The notes under the pieces were generated by a model. It made no database searches and was not told the origin of the DNA. It saw nothing but the letters and a program-made list of their open reading frames with translations. From NCBI GenBank assembly GCA_964016885.1, contig OZ024742.1:318556001-318620000 (forward strand): a stretch of 64,000 nucleotides of DNA, in the 5' to 3' direction. Below are positions 35,700 to 49,700 of this stretch, piece by piece (the stretch's first letter is position 1; each line of letters begins with the position of its first letter). Position numbers and translations under genes: made by a program. The DNA comes from Eledone cirrhosa. Lineage: Eukaryota.

Positions 35700-35925
35700 C
35701 GCCTCTTGTAACATTAACTCGATCTTCTAGAAATAGCAGCCAAATATTAAAATTCCCTAAAATCGTACTTTATTGTTATAAAAATCGGAATTCATTAGGT
35801 TTAGATAATGTATATTTAATACACTGCATGGGAAGAACAAAAAAACAAACAAACAAAAAAACCCATGATCACGCTTGGAACGCATTTGATCATCGGTCTG
35901 CCTAATAAGGGCTGACCTAAAGATG
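35700..35925 (+). repeat. Unclassified dispersed repeat
   Basis: ctagaaatagcagccaaat...tggaacgcatttgatcatcggtctgcc; weaker relatives near 20620-20660 and 21480-21640. Confidence 0.4.
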
Positions 35926-37455
35926 AAAAACGATTTCTTTTTTTGCCACGAGGGTCTGACCTAAGGATAAAATAATTATTTCTACATTTCCTTATAAAAT
36001 AATGACAAAAGTGGTAGCGTGGGAAATACCGAGGTTTATCAAATGATATTGATGGGGATCTATTTTTGTCTATTAAACACCACACCATGCCAATCCACCC
36101 ACCTATTATACTGTCTCTCTCTCTCCCACATATATATATCAAAATGGAATCAGTTTCAAGCTGGTTAGACCATTAGTCGACAGAGTACTCAATACTTGGG
36201 GTAGTAGAGTACTCTTTATTTCACTGCGACTAAAAATGATTTTAACAGCTTTCGTGTTTCCTAATAGCGAAAATGATTCTTCCGCGACTGAACTAAGGAC
36301 AATGTTCATAGCACCTTTCTTTCTATCTGTTCTATTTTTATCTCTATCTAGTTATTATCAACACTATTATTCTAACTCGTACACATGTGTGTATAGATGT
36401 GTACATATCTTAGAATGTGTGTGGCTTTGTGACATGTTCGCTGTTTAAGTATCCATTTTGTATAGATTGCCTGTAGACACAATACGCACATATTTACTGT
36501 CTCACACAGAGGTGTACATGGTTACTTTACATCCCAGGTAGTCACGTAGACTGCTCATGGGCAAATGTTTGTTGGTTGATGGGTTAGGCGCTAACGAATG
36601 GCCTCGAGATTTGGGCTCAGCTTACAATGTCCCTTAAGTGTAAAAAGAGAAGGTAGATATCTTGCAAGTTAATGATGATAGCCTCTATCTCTTTATGTAG
36701 CCACGAATTTGAGCAAGTGCGTGTACGAGATGTTTCGCATTTTCTTGTTTATGAATGTTATCGATTGTGTGTGTTTGTCTGATAACATGTTTGAGAGTAC
36801 CCTCATCTGTGTGCATGTATGCGGAAGTGTTTAAATAGATTTGAGTTCTGTATATGCGTGGGTGTGGCTAACGTGTGTGTATATATAATTGTGAAAGTAT
36901 GCAATGTATGGCCGTAGTTTCACGTATCTTTAGATCAAATATTATAGTCCATGTCAAACAGAACTAAACATTTTTTTAGGTGGGAACCAAGCCACCGACC
37001 TTTGATTTTGGCTCTACTTTAGCGTATAGTTTAATTTAATTGTATACCCTCCTGAAGTAAAAGCGCGAGGCCTAGTGGTTGGGGGTGTTGGGCTGATCAT
37101 AAGTTAGGATGGATTCCTATAACAAGCAGTACGTTGTGTTCTTGAGTAAGACACTTCGTTGCTTTTCTTGATATGAGTAGGACCCCCATAATTAAGTCGC
37201 CGGAGAAAGTGCCCATAAAATGCAGCCTCATAAGGGGCCTGCCAAACCTGCATAGGTACAAGGTGTACAATTTAAAAACAAAAACGGAGAAAAAAACTGT
37301 CCTAAGATGTAGGAATTGAATTATCTAAACCCTATTTTAAAGGTGGTAAGGTCTTTGTTGAGAAGGATTTTAGCTGCTAATGGCAACCTCATTGCCAGGC
37401 CATTTATTTTCTTTCCTTAAATCTTTTTTTCCTCCCAGGGCATGAGTGAACAAAT

Positions 37456-37507
<52 letters not shown>

Positions 37508-37746
37508 TATATATATGTAGTTTAAATAATGTTTCATACACTTAACATGTATGTGCGACCATTGGTTTTGGGGTCCAGTTATAGCCACCACTGTACATAG
37601 GAGGAGGCACTTCCAAACTGATCCTACATTGGGCACACGGACAAAGCATGTATCATATCAAAATCGTTCTTACGTCTATATATATATAAATAAATATGTG
37701 TTAAGTATTTCCGTAGAAAAGGTAAAGGAAAGAAGAGTGAGTTATT

Positions 37747-37932
37747 TAATTACATAATAAACAACACTATAATTATTCCATTACCAAAGGTTTCAGGAAA
37801 CTTGAATTTCAAAACTTATATCCAAAACATAACTATTTCATCTGATGAACGAACTGGATGTTTCTGTAAGGATCGTCTACTTTTCTGAAACCTTTGGTAA
37901 TGGAATAATTATATTGTGTTAAGTATGTAATT
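37747..37932. repeat. Inverted repeat with internal hammerhead; Penelope pLTR-like
   Basis: aattattccattaccaaaggtttcag (37771-37796) is the reverse complement of ctgaaacctttggtaatggaataatt (37885-37910), with imperfect outward extension. Confidence 0.85.
37829..37912 (+). ncRNA. Type I hammerhead ribozyme motif
   Basis: AUAACUAUUUCAU-CUGAUGA-[38-nt imperfect stem II]-GAAA-CCUUUGG-UA-AUGGAAUAAUUAU; 13-bp stem I with one mismatch and one G-U; GUA cleavage triplet. Confidence 0.7.
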
Positions 37933-38632
37933 AGATAAAAATATATATAGAAATGGCTTCTACTGTGGTTACTCCTGATTGAACCTGAAATACGCACGTG
38001 AATAAATATATATATATATGTTTAACCCTTTAGCATTTAAACTGGTCATATCCGGCCAGAATTCTCTCACCTCTTTCTTTTTAAACCAGCTGTAACCGGC
38101 CACTCATATTGATGTTAAGGTATTGTTCTCAAAATAAATAACATCAAAATCTCACATATTCGATATTATGGGATAGAATTATGTGAGGTAAAGCCTTTAG
38201 CATGAAAATACTATAGGTTAAGGTAGCATTGCACTTAAAACATTCAAACTTAAGCAGAGTATAAAGTTTCAGCTTGGTTGCTTTATTTGGAAATCAGGTA
38301 AAGCAACCTGCCATTTTTCTCTGCAGAAAATGAAAAATAAAAATGAGTCATTAAAAATTTGACAGAATGTTCATTGTTCAAATCCCATTGAGGTTGATAC
38401 AGTACCAATCCAGCACTGGGTACTAATCTTCCTTTTCTTCTTCTTCAAGAAATTGGCTGTGGAGTGGAATAGGATCCACTAGGTTTAAATGCACTCCTGC
38501 AACTCCATCAAGAGTTGAGGGCGTGTGTGTGTAGAAGGACTAGCGTCCGAAACGTTAAGACCCTCTTCTTGCTATATCAAGATTTAACCTAATATACTGT
38601 ACCAATTGTGTTGTTATTTCTGTTTACTTTTG

Positions 38633-38691
<59 letters not shown>

Positions 38692-40679
38692 CACACATTG
38701 GCAATGGGGAGGTGTTCTAGCCAGAGTAAACTTCTCAAACAAAGGCTCGGGAGAACTCTGCAACTGTGGCATAGACGTGATAATATCACCCAGTACACTC
38801 TGTAAAGTTGTTGTGATAAGAAGGGCATCCGCCCATAGAAAGCTTGCTAAACAAAGAGTGAGATAAGCTCCTCAGCTATGACAAAGCATGACAATTTCCC
38901 CAAAATGTAATTGGTACAGTGTGTAATTGTATGTCAGGAGTCTGGACCACCTAGAGGTCTGAGGTTCCACTTGAGTACTAACCAGTCTATGATGTTCAAC
39001 CCTTATTAATGGAAAATGTACGTTAAACAATGATAATGATGGCAGCACGCAATCCCTTTGGAATAGTTTACATAAAGTAGGCCGACACAGTAGAAAGTTG
39101 CCTTATTCTACCATCCCAATTTGTTACCACATATCTAATGAAATATGCTACCCGTGTGTTTTAGTTAATTTTGAAAATAATCAAGGATTTGAAGGGGTTT
39201 AGTCAAAGAAATTTTCCATTATTAATCTGATGTCTGGAGTAAAATTTTTAAAATAATACTTTTACAGAAAATTAGGTGGGAGTAAGTTTTGGGATATGAA
39301 TATTTGAAATTTTTGTATCATAGAACAGTGCAGTTTAAAGAGGTTTCAAATCAAAAGGGTTAAAAAAAACTCCTAGATGGGCTGCCTTGCCCCTGGCTTA
39401 TGGAACCCACATCTATTTAATATTTGTTATAAGGGTATATGTGAATTAGTAATACAATTTTTAACATGGTGAATTTTTTTTTTTCAATGTCATACTCTTA
39501 TTTTATGAGCAAATTTTGACTTGATCACTGAATTATTAGCCAGGTTTAAAAGCATTGTTTTGATATTATTTTGATATTAAACCACATGAAACTGCCCTAG
39601 TTCTATGATATAGATTTATTTCAAAGTGTTTATATTTGTCTAAAAACCTTCCATCATAATATTATGTAAGAACTTTTGTTAAATTATGTTCTCAATACCT
39701 GCTTAATAATGAGTAAGTTATATTACTAAAGTCTTCCAAATTTATTGTTTTTAAAATTAAAAACCAGTCAGTGTCTTTTAGAAATATGATAATGAAGTGG
39801 TGAAGAATATTGCATGATATATTTTTGTATTTTGAAATAAGGTTTCTGCTACTACAAGTATTCATAAGTTTAACCAATTTGTTAGTTAATTAGGTAACCA
39901 GCTGCAATTAAAAAAATAAACTGGCTTGATATTACTGCTGAAAGTATAATTTAGCTTTCTCTTTGTGTAATATATCTTCTATCTATTGAAGTTCAAATGT
40001 GTGGTGTTTCAGTTTCCATGACCATTTACATAAATACACACAGTATCTAGGTAATTGAGAAACATTTATTGAAATCTGTATGAGGCCAGGTGTAAATGTT
40101 TGTTGAGGCTAACAGCTGTTTAATACTATCAATATTAACAGATGTGTGATTATATGTGCTGTGGCCATCATCTCCCTACAAAATTTATTTGCCTCCTGAA
40201 GATTTAATGATCTTTTCCAGCAGTTTCTGTCAAACATGCAAATACAAACAGTCCTCAATAATATATCTTTCTCTCTTTGAGGTGGGGTTTGTTGTAAATT
40301 GGTTAGTGATTATATATATTATTGGAGGCACATGGCTTAGTGGTTAGGATGTTGAACTCTGAGTAAGGTTGTGTGTTTGATTCTTGGACCAGATGGCATG
40401 TTTTGTTCTTGAGCAAAATACTTTATTTTATGCAATAATACAGAAGACCCACCACCCCATGAATACAGGCAGAAACATACATATAGTATTTACCTCCACC
40501 CCTCTCTCATACACCTCCCATGAGCACAGCCTGAAGCATACATCTGGTATGCGTCACCTTTACCTTCATCCTTCCTTCCACACACCTCCCACAACCTAAC
40601 ACTCCGCCCCTCTCATGCCCATATACCACATCCCTAATCTCCACACACCCTTCCCACCAAAACCCCAAAACCATACACT

Positions 40680-40935
40680 GCAAAGTGGTTGTGATGGCGA
40701 CATGACAAAAAGCACCCAGCCTACACTATAAAGTGGTTGTGTAGGTGTCACCACAAAAAGCACCCAGTACTCACTGTAAATGTGGTTGGCGTTGGAAAGG
40801 GCATCCAGCCATAGAAACCAAGTTAAAATTGGTTCTGTATGAGCAAGACATGGTCATCCGACCTCGACTTGCCTCAAATGGGACAACCCGTCTGCCCCAT
40901 GCTCGTGTGGAAAATGGACGTAAATGGTGGTGATC
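40680..40935 (+). mobile_element. Solo RTE 3'-UTR/SINE-like module
   Basis: Two caaaaagcacccag units, then ggttggcgttggaaagggcatccagcc, then ggaaaatggacgtaaatggtggtgat and (TA)n. Confidence 0.75.
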
Positions 40936-41089
40936 ATATATATATATAATTTTAAGTCTGCTTTCTATGTTGGCATGATTTGGAATGGTTGTTATGGTCC
41001 CAGATTAGACAGGTTGAGGAACCACATTTTACTGTTTGATATTTCGGCATATATATATATATATGTGTGTGTGTGTGTATGTGTATGTA

Positions 41090-41723
41090 TGCCATTAAGA
41101 CAGTATCTGATGTAGATTCCGTCCTCATCATCAAGATCTGTGGCTTGCTTGAACATCATGCTGAAGAAGATGGTGAAGAGAGTCGGTGTCAGGACATAGC
41201 CCTGCTTCACTCCGTTGATGATCACAAAGGACCCTTGAGGCCACTGATGAGTCACACTGGTCCGTGTAGTTGGATGACCCTGTTCAGGAATTTTGGGGGA
41301 CAACTGAGTCATTCCATGATCTGCCACATTCCTTTTCTGCTCACTATCGAATGCTTTAGTCAAGTCAATGAATGCCACATACAGCCCATTATTTTTCCTT
41401 CAGGCACTTTTCTTGAAGCTGCCTAAGAACAAACACTGCCTTAACATCCACTGGAGAAACTTTATTACCAATATTGAAGTTCTTGAATGGGTGGAGGTCA
41501 TCAGCATTGATGCCATACTGCTGAAGTCCCAACTACGCTAAGCAGGGCACGTCTCCAGGATGAAGACCATTGTTTGCCCATGATGATGCTGTATGGCGAA
41601 CTCTTCACTGGTCATTGTGACAGTTCCGCATTGGCCTGAACAGCCACGAGCAGGACTGCTGTCAAAATGGACCACCCCTTTCATAATCTTCATTCACAAA
41701 GCCAAGCCATGATGATGACGATG
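41090..41723. mobile_element. BovB-like RTE fragment with 5' inversion (41090-41435 -, 41436-41723 +)
   Basis: Minus part VFVLRQLQEK...AFIDLTKAFD...GVKQG...LFTIFF; plus part LNIHWRNFITNIEVL...QLR*AGHVSRM...LYGEL and a (GAT)n tail. Confidence 0.8.
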
Positions 41724-41781
41724 GTGTTTGTATATATATATATATATGCAAGCAGGAAAAAGCGGACGTAAAATGATGATG

Positions 41782-41817
<36 letters not shown>

Positions 41818-42130
41818 AGAAATATAAGCTTACACTGTATTTGACTTAGGAAGTTAGTCTGATAGTGGGGATTTTTAAAACACTCTTAATGTGGAAAAAG
41901 TATGATATATATATATATACACACACACACACACGTATATGACTGTAGGAAGCAGAAATCTAGTCAACTAATACCGGAGTTGAGATGGGTGTGTAGTGCA
42001 GTTAGAATTATTATCAAAATGGCCTTCCCATACATATTTATAAGCAATTATAGAAGTAAAATGACCAAGTAAATAAATTATTGGATTATTGCATCATTGA
42101 TTGCTATTGACATTTTATGACAGATATGTC

Positions 42131-43899
42131 ATTATGAGAGACTGATGAATGTGGAGAACGAATGGGAGAGAGAGAAATTACCCTCAGTAGATCCGACAGA
42201 GGGACTAGCTATTGAGATTGACGAATATAGGGTCCAAGAGGCAATTAAGGAAATGAAAAATGGTAAGGCTGCTGGACCATCGGGGATAGTTACTGAGATG
42301 CTGAAGGCATCAGGGGATGTAGGCACTAAACTGGTTACATGCATCATCAATCAGGCTATATATGGTGGTGTCATACCCAAAGACTGGTGCAGCAGTATTG
42401 GTGAGCAATTATAGGGGTATATATGGTGAGCAATTATAGGGGTATAAAACTGATGGATCAGGTTATGAAAGTGACAGAAAGGATATTAGCGCAACTAATT
42501 AGAGAAAGGGTCAAACTAGATGAGATGCAGTTTGGTTTTGTGTCTGGGAAAAGTACAACAGGTGCCCTCTTCTTGGTGAGACACATACAAGAGAGGTTCT
42601 TAGAGAAGAATAAGCCACTATACTTAGCTTTTGTTGACCTAGAGAAGGCCTTTGATAGGGTACCCCGATCTGTCCACTGGTGGTCCCTAAGGGAACTAGG
42701 TGTTGAGGAATGGCTTGTGAGGACAGTGCAAACTTTGTACAGATGTGCTGTCAGTAAAGTGAGGGTAGGAATGGAGTTTAGTAGGGAATTCCAGATACAA
42801 GTAGGAGTACATCAGGGTTCGGTCCTCAGCCTGCTCTTGTTCATTATAGTCCTCCAAGCCATAACAGAGGAGTTTAAGACTGGCTGTCCATGGGAACATC
42901 TCTATGCTGACGATCTGGTTCTTATAGCAGAATCAGTAGAGGAGCTAGTGAATAAATTCTGGCTATGGAAACAGCAGTTGGAATCAAGAGGACTGAGAGT
43001 GAACCTAGCTAAGACAAAAGTGTTGTTGAGTAGAAAAGAGGACAAAACTCTGATTCTGTCAGGGAAATGGCCATGTTCGATATGCAGAAAAGGAACTGGC
43101 ATAAATTCTATAAAATGTACACAATGCAGATCTTGGGTACACAAGAGATGTAGTGGAATAGCAGGCAAACTAACAGGTAGGGAGAAATACGTATGCAGTA
43201 GATGTACAGGGAAATTTGACAGTAGAAGTCGCATTGATAGACACATTTTTCAAATGCAGGTGAGTTCTATAGAAGTGGTTGATAGCTTCATGTACCTAGG
43301 TGATCAGATTAGCATGGGAGGGGTGTGTTCCGAGGCCATAGTATCTAGAATAAGGATGGGTTGAAGAAGTTTAGGGAGCTGCTTCCTCTGCTGACGAAGA
43401 AGGGTTTCTCCCTGTGTACGAAAGGCCAGTTATATGGCACCTGTGTGAGGAGCGCAATGCTGCATGGTAGTGAGACACGGACAGCAACTGCAGAGGATAT
43501 GCGACGGCTGGAGAGAAATGAGGCAAACATGCTCTGTTGGATGTGCAATGTCAATGTGCGTGAACGACCGAGCATGGATGTGTTTAGAGAGAGACTGTGT
43601 CTGAGAAGGATAGATTGTAGTGCGGGAGAGGAGACTGAGATGGCATGGACATGTGATGCGCATGGAGGATGACCGATGGGTGAAGAAGTGCCAAGAAATG
43701 CCAGTTGAAGGAAGACGTAGTAGAGGTAGACCATGAAAAACATGGGCGGAGGTGGTGAGAGCAGACCTCAAGATCACTGAAGCTCACGGTGGAGATGACG
43801 AAGGACCGTGACAAGTGGAGAGATGCTGTGCTGAATAGGACCCGTCCCACCCTTGCAAGCAGGGAAAACTGGACGTAAAATGATGATGATGATGATGAT
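42131..43899 (+). mobile_element. 5'-truncated RTE LINE (PHD-type, short 3' UTR subfamily)
   Basis: ORFs 42145-42414, 42423-43364 and 43361-43672 carry RT motifs (DLEKAFD, GVHQG, YADD, YLG) and a C4HC3 insert; tail cttgcaagcagggaaaactggacgtaaaa(tga)n. Confidence 0.95.
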
Positions 43900-46329
43900 A
43901 AAGGTGCAAATAGCTAAGAAGGGTAGATTTCAACATTACTGCTAACCTTTTTGTTAACATATATCTTATGAGATACACTGTCTCTGGTGTTTAAATTATT
44001 TGAAAATATTAATTTGGAGGTATAACATGCTCATTATGAAGCTGGTGTTTGAAACAAAAGTTCTTATATAAAATTCTGATGGAAGATTTTAAGATCATTA
44101 TAAACATTTAAAAATAAACAGGTTTGTGTCATAGAACCAAGGGCAATTTAGTACCAAAGAGGTTAATATTGTTTTCTAAGAAAGTTAATTGTAATAGACT
44201 AGCATCCTATCCAAGGGAGAGGTAGCACACATTTTTTAATGCTATAAAGAGTGCAGCTGAACTTTTGACTTTATAAACAAACTAGTTTGTGGTGACGTGT
44301 GCATATTTCTTTAAATTCACTACTTACTGTACAGGCTATTAATCAGCTTTATGTTATTTACTGTGTGAATGTGTGTAGCCTGGTGGTTAGAGTATTGGGC
44401 TTATAATCACAAGGTTGTGGTTTTGATTCTTGGACTGGAGAGTGTGTTGTGGTCTTCAGCACAATACTTTATTTTATTTCATTCAGCTGGTGTTAACTTC
44501 CCAATGAACTGGCATCCTGCTCAGGGGTGAGTCTTGTGATATCAGTCACTTAACACCAATAAAATCTGGATGAGCCCTGGTCTTGTGAGAGATTTCAACT
44601 AACTTGACTTTTTTTAAATTCTGAACATTTAGGGTTGCTTGGCTGTATGTATATTTACATTTCTAAAGTATAGAAATGTTAGTATTTCTATCCTGACACC
44701 TTCTTTTTCACTTTTTATTTATTGCCTTTCTGGTAGTGACATGCCAGAAATGAAAGAAAGCGCGAGTTTCACAAAGCCTCACATTTCAAATATAACTTTC
44801 AGAACCAATCATGTCTTACTAACTATATAGGCTGTATCTGTCTGTCAGTCATGTTCTGTTTTGTCTTTTTCTTTTTCAATTTCAAGATAAGCAGATTCAG
44901 CTAAAAGATCTGTGTTTGATAGAGATAGAAGCAAAGCATGTCTGTTCTTGTACTAGAGATAAATTCATTGTAATATATATTATTTGTGTGTATTTTATAT
45001 CCACAGATAAAGGTTGGAACTTTACCTCTAACTAGTTTGTCTCAATATCAACATTGCACATGATTGATGACCCCTGGCTTCAGTCTGCTTAAGCAAGCAT
45101 ATATCATAGAGTAATCACACAGTAATTGCTGGTTATTTATTTTAATTAATTTTTATTTTCATCCCCATTAATTTTGGTGTATTTGTATTATCTCTCACAC
45201 CATGCCACTGTCTTCTCTTCTTTGTCGTGGGGGCAGAGTCCTCAAGCATTCCTTCTAGTAGGTCCTGTCAGAAGCAACCATCTCCAACCATTATTTGGGG
45301 TCTATCACTGGGTCTCCTCCAAGTTGGTTTTGCCCTTAAAAATCTGTCCAGCGTTTTTTTTTTTTTCTGAGACATTTTAACCACATCTGTAATATCAGTG
45401 CCGTGATCTATCAATTCGGATAAGTATCTAGATTGACTTTCTGATTTCAGTTATGACTCTATTGAGTAACGTTATTCCAAAGACCTTTCGAAGGAACCCC
45501 ATTTTCGCCACTTGTATTAATTTTTTTGTTATATGAGGATCATATTCTGTTGTATTTATCCAGCTCAGAATAGTGCATTTAGAAGAGTTAGCACCAGGAA
45601 GAGTATCTGATTGTAAAACATTACCTCAAAAAGGACCCCACAAAAAATATGAAACATATCATGTGACTTGCAAGTTAATCTGGTTATCTACTTTTGTTAA
45701 TTCTTGGCAAGAAGTGTTGAGGGTCTTGTCTAAATACATATTTAATTTTTTCTAATGAAAAACATTCTGTTTCAATTAAGTAATGAAGAATTTTGAGGGA
45801 TTTACTAAAGTATTTTTTCATTACTAAGTTAGTAACATAGCATATGGTTCTTATATAAACTTATCAGCGTCATCTAACAAATGTTAAATGATGTTGATGA
45901 TTTTATAAGAACCATATTTATGTTGGAAGATTTTAATTTAGATAGTAACCCTTTAAAACGAGTGGTTTTATTTCATAGAAACAGTGCTGGGTTGGTATCA
46001 AAACAGTTAATGAGGATTTTTAAAATTATTATTAGAGAAAAACAGTCACAAATTCTGTTTTCTTTTTAATTAGTTGGAGATGAAGTCATGGTTTGATAGA
46101 CACAATATAAGTATTACTGGTATTATTTTAATGTCTTGTATTGTTCAATATAAGATGTCAATTTAAAATTACAAGCCATAAAACGACACATTAAGTATTA
46201 AATCTGAGTCGGGGCTTATGCTGGTATTTTTTTTTGTTCTACATTGTTGTCTCTTGGAGGAATGGTGTAACTATTAGCTGATAGGGTCATTTCTTGGATC
46301 AGAAGGGTAGAAAGAGTTAATAAGGGTGT

Positions 46330-46750
46330 TATAAGTTTGACTGTCCTACAAACTTTTAATCACTTCTGCAAGACCATCATCTTAATCACAAAGCATGTAT
46401 TGTATAGCTTGCAGGCTTTCCAGCCTTATAAACTGAACCTAGTGCTTCTGGTCCCTTTCTAAAAGGATCTCTACCAACATTACAGAATTCTTTTACTCAT
46501 CAACCAAGATGTCTCTGTATAAGCAATATTCCCACTGAGAAAGCCTCAACATATGTTGCTCCACTTCATAGACAAGCCATCTCTGATCACCTCTAACTAA
46601 CAAGGCTACTGGTTCTGGCTGTCCCTTCCATTACCCTTAAACAATGCACTGTAGATTTAGCTCCTGTCCTCACTGCTACAGTGTGCCCCATTTTCAAACA
46701 TGTTCTTCAACACCTGAATCCCTGTTCTTTCTAATGACTCAGCTAATTCC
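46330..46750 (+). mobile_element. Very old CR1/Jockey-type LINE fragment
   Basis: Remnant NKATGSG / PSITLKQCTVDLAPVLT resembling KA.GPD.IP...LK.C...LAP.L. Confidence 0.45.
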
Positions 46751-49700
46751 ATTGCCTAAAAGCCAAAAGTAAGGAGACAGAGAGGGAGGGAAAGAGAGAA
46801 AGGAACAAAGAAAGACAGAGATAAACATTCAAGGACTAAGAAGATAAAAAAAAAATTGCAGTATGTTTATCTATGCTTTTCTTTACTCATTTCTCTCTTT
46901 GTGCTATTGCCAAGCCTTTCATATAAAAAGATTTGGGGTGTAGATCCAGCCAATAAGCTTAACCCTTTCACTACTACTCAGTTTTCTCCTGCTCCTGCTG
47001 CTTTCTGTCTTGCTGAATTTCCCTCTAAAATATCTTGCATAATATAGTCTCACTGTATGTGCCTTGCTGTGTATTGCCACCATGCTGGGAATTTGTACTT
47101 GCCCTACTCTTCCCTTTCCTTGTTGGGCAGTATGGTTGGCTTCTGAATAAAATGTAGTCAGAAATGACATTCTTTCTTGCTTCTTTATGTAACTTCTGGT
47201 ATATTTTATTTTGTTATTTTGCATTCTTCACTCCCAGATTTCCAGTTTCAACTTTTTTCTTACTCAGTGATGAGTTTAGTTTATTTTCTTTTCTATTCAT
47301 CTCCCTATTTCTCCCCCACCTATTCTCAGATTTTAATCTGTTCATTCTCCTCAAGTGTGAACTGTTTGTGGAGAATGTAATGAAGTAAATGATATTTCCC
47401 TTCCCTTTCTCTCCACTAGCTGCTGTCATTCAACTTGATATCCTCATTACTCTGGTTATATATTTGTCTGTGTTGTGTTAGTGATTTAAATAAAACCAAA
47501 TGTTTTCCTATCTAGCCACTCTGTCTGTAGTTAGCATGCTATTTTTGTAGAAAAATATTTCAGTCTTTGAACTGACCCTTGGGGAAAGTTTTGTATGTTT
47601 ATATGTTTATATGTATGTGTGTGGTGCATGTAGAAACACAAGGCTGGAATTTATGTAAATTTAATCATGTGCTGGGCAAAGGTAGATTTCTGGTGAGGGG
47701 GAATATAATTGTATAAACTCCACTGCTACTTAGTTCATCCCCTCCTTCAAGTTTGGGAGGGAAAACCTCAAACTTGGCAGGTTTTGAACATAAAAACAGA
47801 ATTGTTGAAGAGCTAGGTATAAAGTACTAGATGACTACCTGGCATTGCCTGGGAAGTAATACATTGAATTTGATGGCTATTTTGTTGAATGTGAATCATG
47901 CTATGTACTTGTATTTATTATATCATAAACAATATTTATATAGATACACCTTTTTACAATATATCATCTGCTTCTTGAATGCTGCAAACTGAACCCCTAG
48001 CAGTCATTGATTGGTCTCAGACCTCATTTGCGTACTAAGTGGAGTGAAACTTGTCAAATCTGACCAAGGAAACAATTTCCATTGGTCTTTGCTGACACTA
48101 TCTACCAGTTACAACTCCTGGCAGAGCTAGCATTCATGAATATACCATATCACAAAGAAAACTGATAATCATGTCTTCAAATGGTTATTGTGTACTGTTT
48201 TGGAAATGAAAAATGTTCACTTATTGGTGCACACATGACTGTAGGTAAAGAGTGCATTTTGCAGCCACATGGCTTCAGGTTTAGTCCTGCGGTGTGGCAC
48301 CTTGGGCAAGTGTCTTTTACTATGGCCTTGGGTTGACTAATCAATGCTTTTTGACTGAAATTTGATAAATAGAGACTATGCAGAAACCATCATCTATATA
48401 TGTATAAGAATGTTTATATTTATTGATGTCCCAGAACATAGCAGTTTGATAAAGAGATATCAATAAAATATGGGCCAGGCTTCACAATGACAGCCTTGTT
48501 ACACACTCATGTTCAATCGCCTTGAGAATTGTATTGAGGGCACAGGTCTGTGGGATGCTCATCCAAATTATACATTAATTTCATGAGCAGGCTATTCCAT
48601 TGATTGAACAAGTGGAACACTCATTGTTGAAACCACTCCATTCCAATTCCACATGTATATATGTATATAAAATAAAGGAAATATACATTCTATAATATAA
48701 TATATACATTCTCTTAACAAACAGTTAAAACTCATAAAATTACTATAATTGTTCGACCTTAGTCTCTTGTGGCAGAGGATGCCTTTAGAGAAAATGGGCC
48801 TTAAAATGTTTGTTGTTGCTGTTGGTAGCTTTATATTATCATGCCTTAGATGGCTCTAGAAGGGAAATATTTATATGTTGTTTATAAATGAGCCTTTTTC
48901 TGCTGCCCCTATATATGTCTTATGTTTTGCTGTATTTAGTTATGGCTTTCTACATTCTGAGTTCAAATCTCACTGAGGTCAACTTTGCCTTTCATTCTTC
49001 TGGGGTCAATAAAATAAAGTACCAGTTATGTACTGAGGTCAATATAATCAACTTCCCCCTTCTCCCAAATTTCTAGGCTTGTGCCAATTCTAGAAAGAAT
49101 TATCATCCTCGTGCCGACATAAATTGATTTGCCATTTTCAATTTAGAGTAGTCACATCACAAGTATTTATTTGGTGTGGATTTTTGACATTTTGCTTTAA
49201 GTGTTTGCTGAAAAGGCTGAAATAACAAGTTTTATTTCAAAATAAAATATTTTATATCAATGTTTTTATTTTATTTTTTACTCATGCTGTATATATAATT
49301 TTACATGGAATGTGTTCTGTTGTGCAGACCTGTCATTATAGTGTAAGCACATTCACTGAATGATGCTTTGGTATAAACATTTTAAAACATTTATTGGTTA
49401 TACCATAGCTGTTGTTCATTGAAAATTAATTGTTATTATCTGGATTGTAGAGTGGTAGAAATATTAAAGTGCAAGATTTCATTGTCTCTTTTATATCTTG
49501 AAATCAAATTCTGCTGAGATTGGCAAGGTTTTTGATATGAAACCGTATGTTGAAACATAGTTATATTTGGGGAGAGTCATTTTCTAATATTGACAGAAAA
49601 ATATAGTAAAACATACTCACTGTTTGGTTTGGTTTTCATTTCAGTACATCTTTATATTTCTATAAATAATTTAGCTGGCAATCAATGTTTATCATTGATT

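Noticed and set aside
38465-38500. Possible exon 2 of the RRM gene (aggatccactaggttt)
   Set aside because: Does not translate to NPPGFAFV and lacks an adjacent pyrimidine-rich acceptor.
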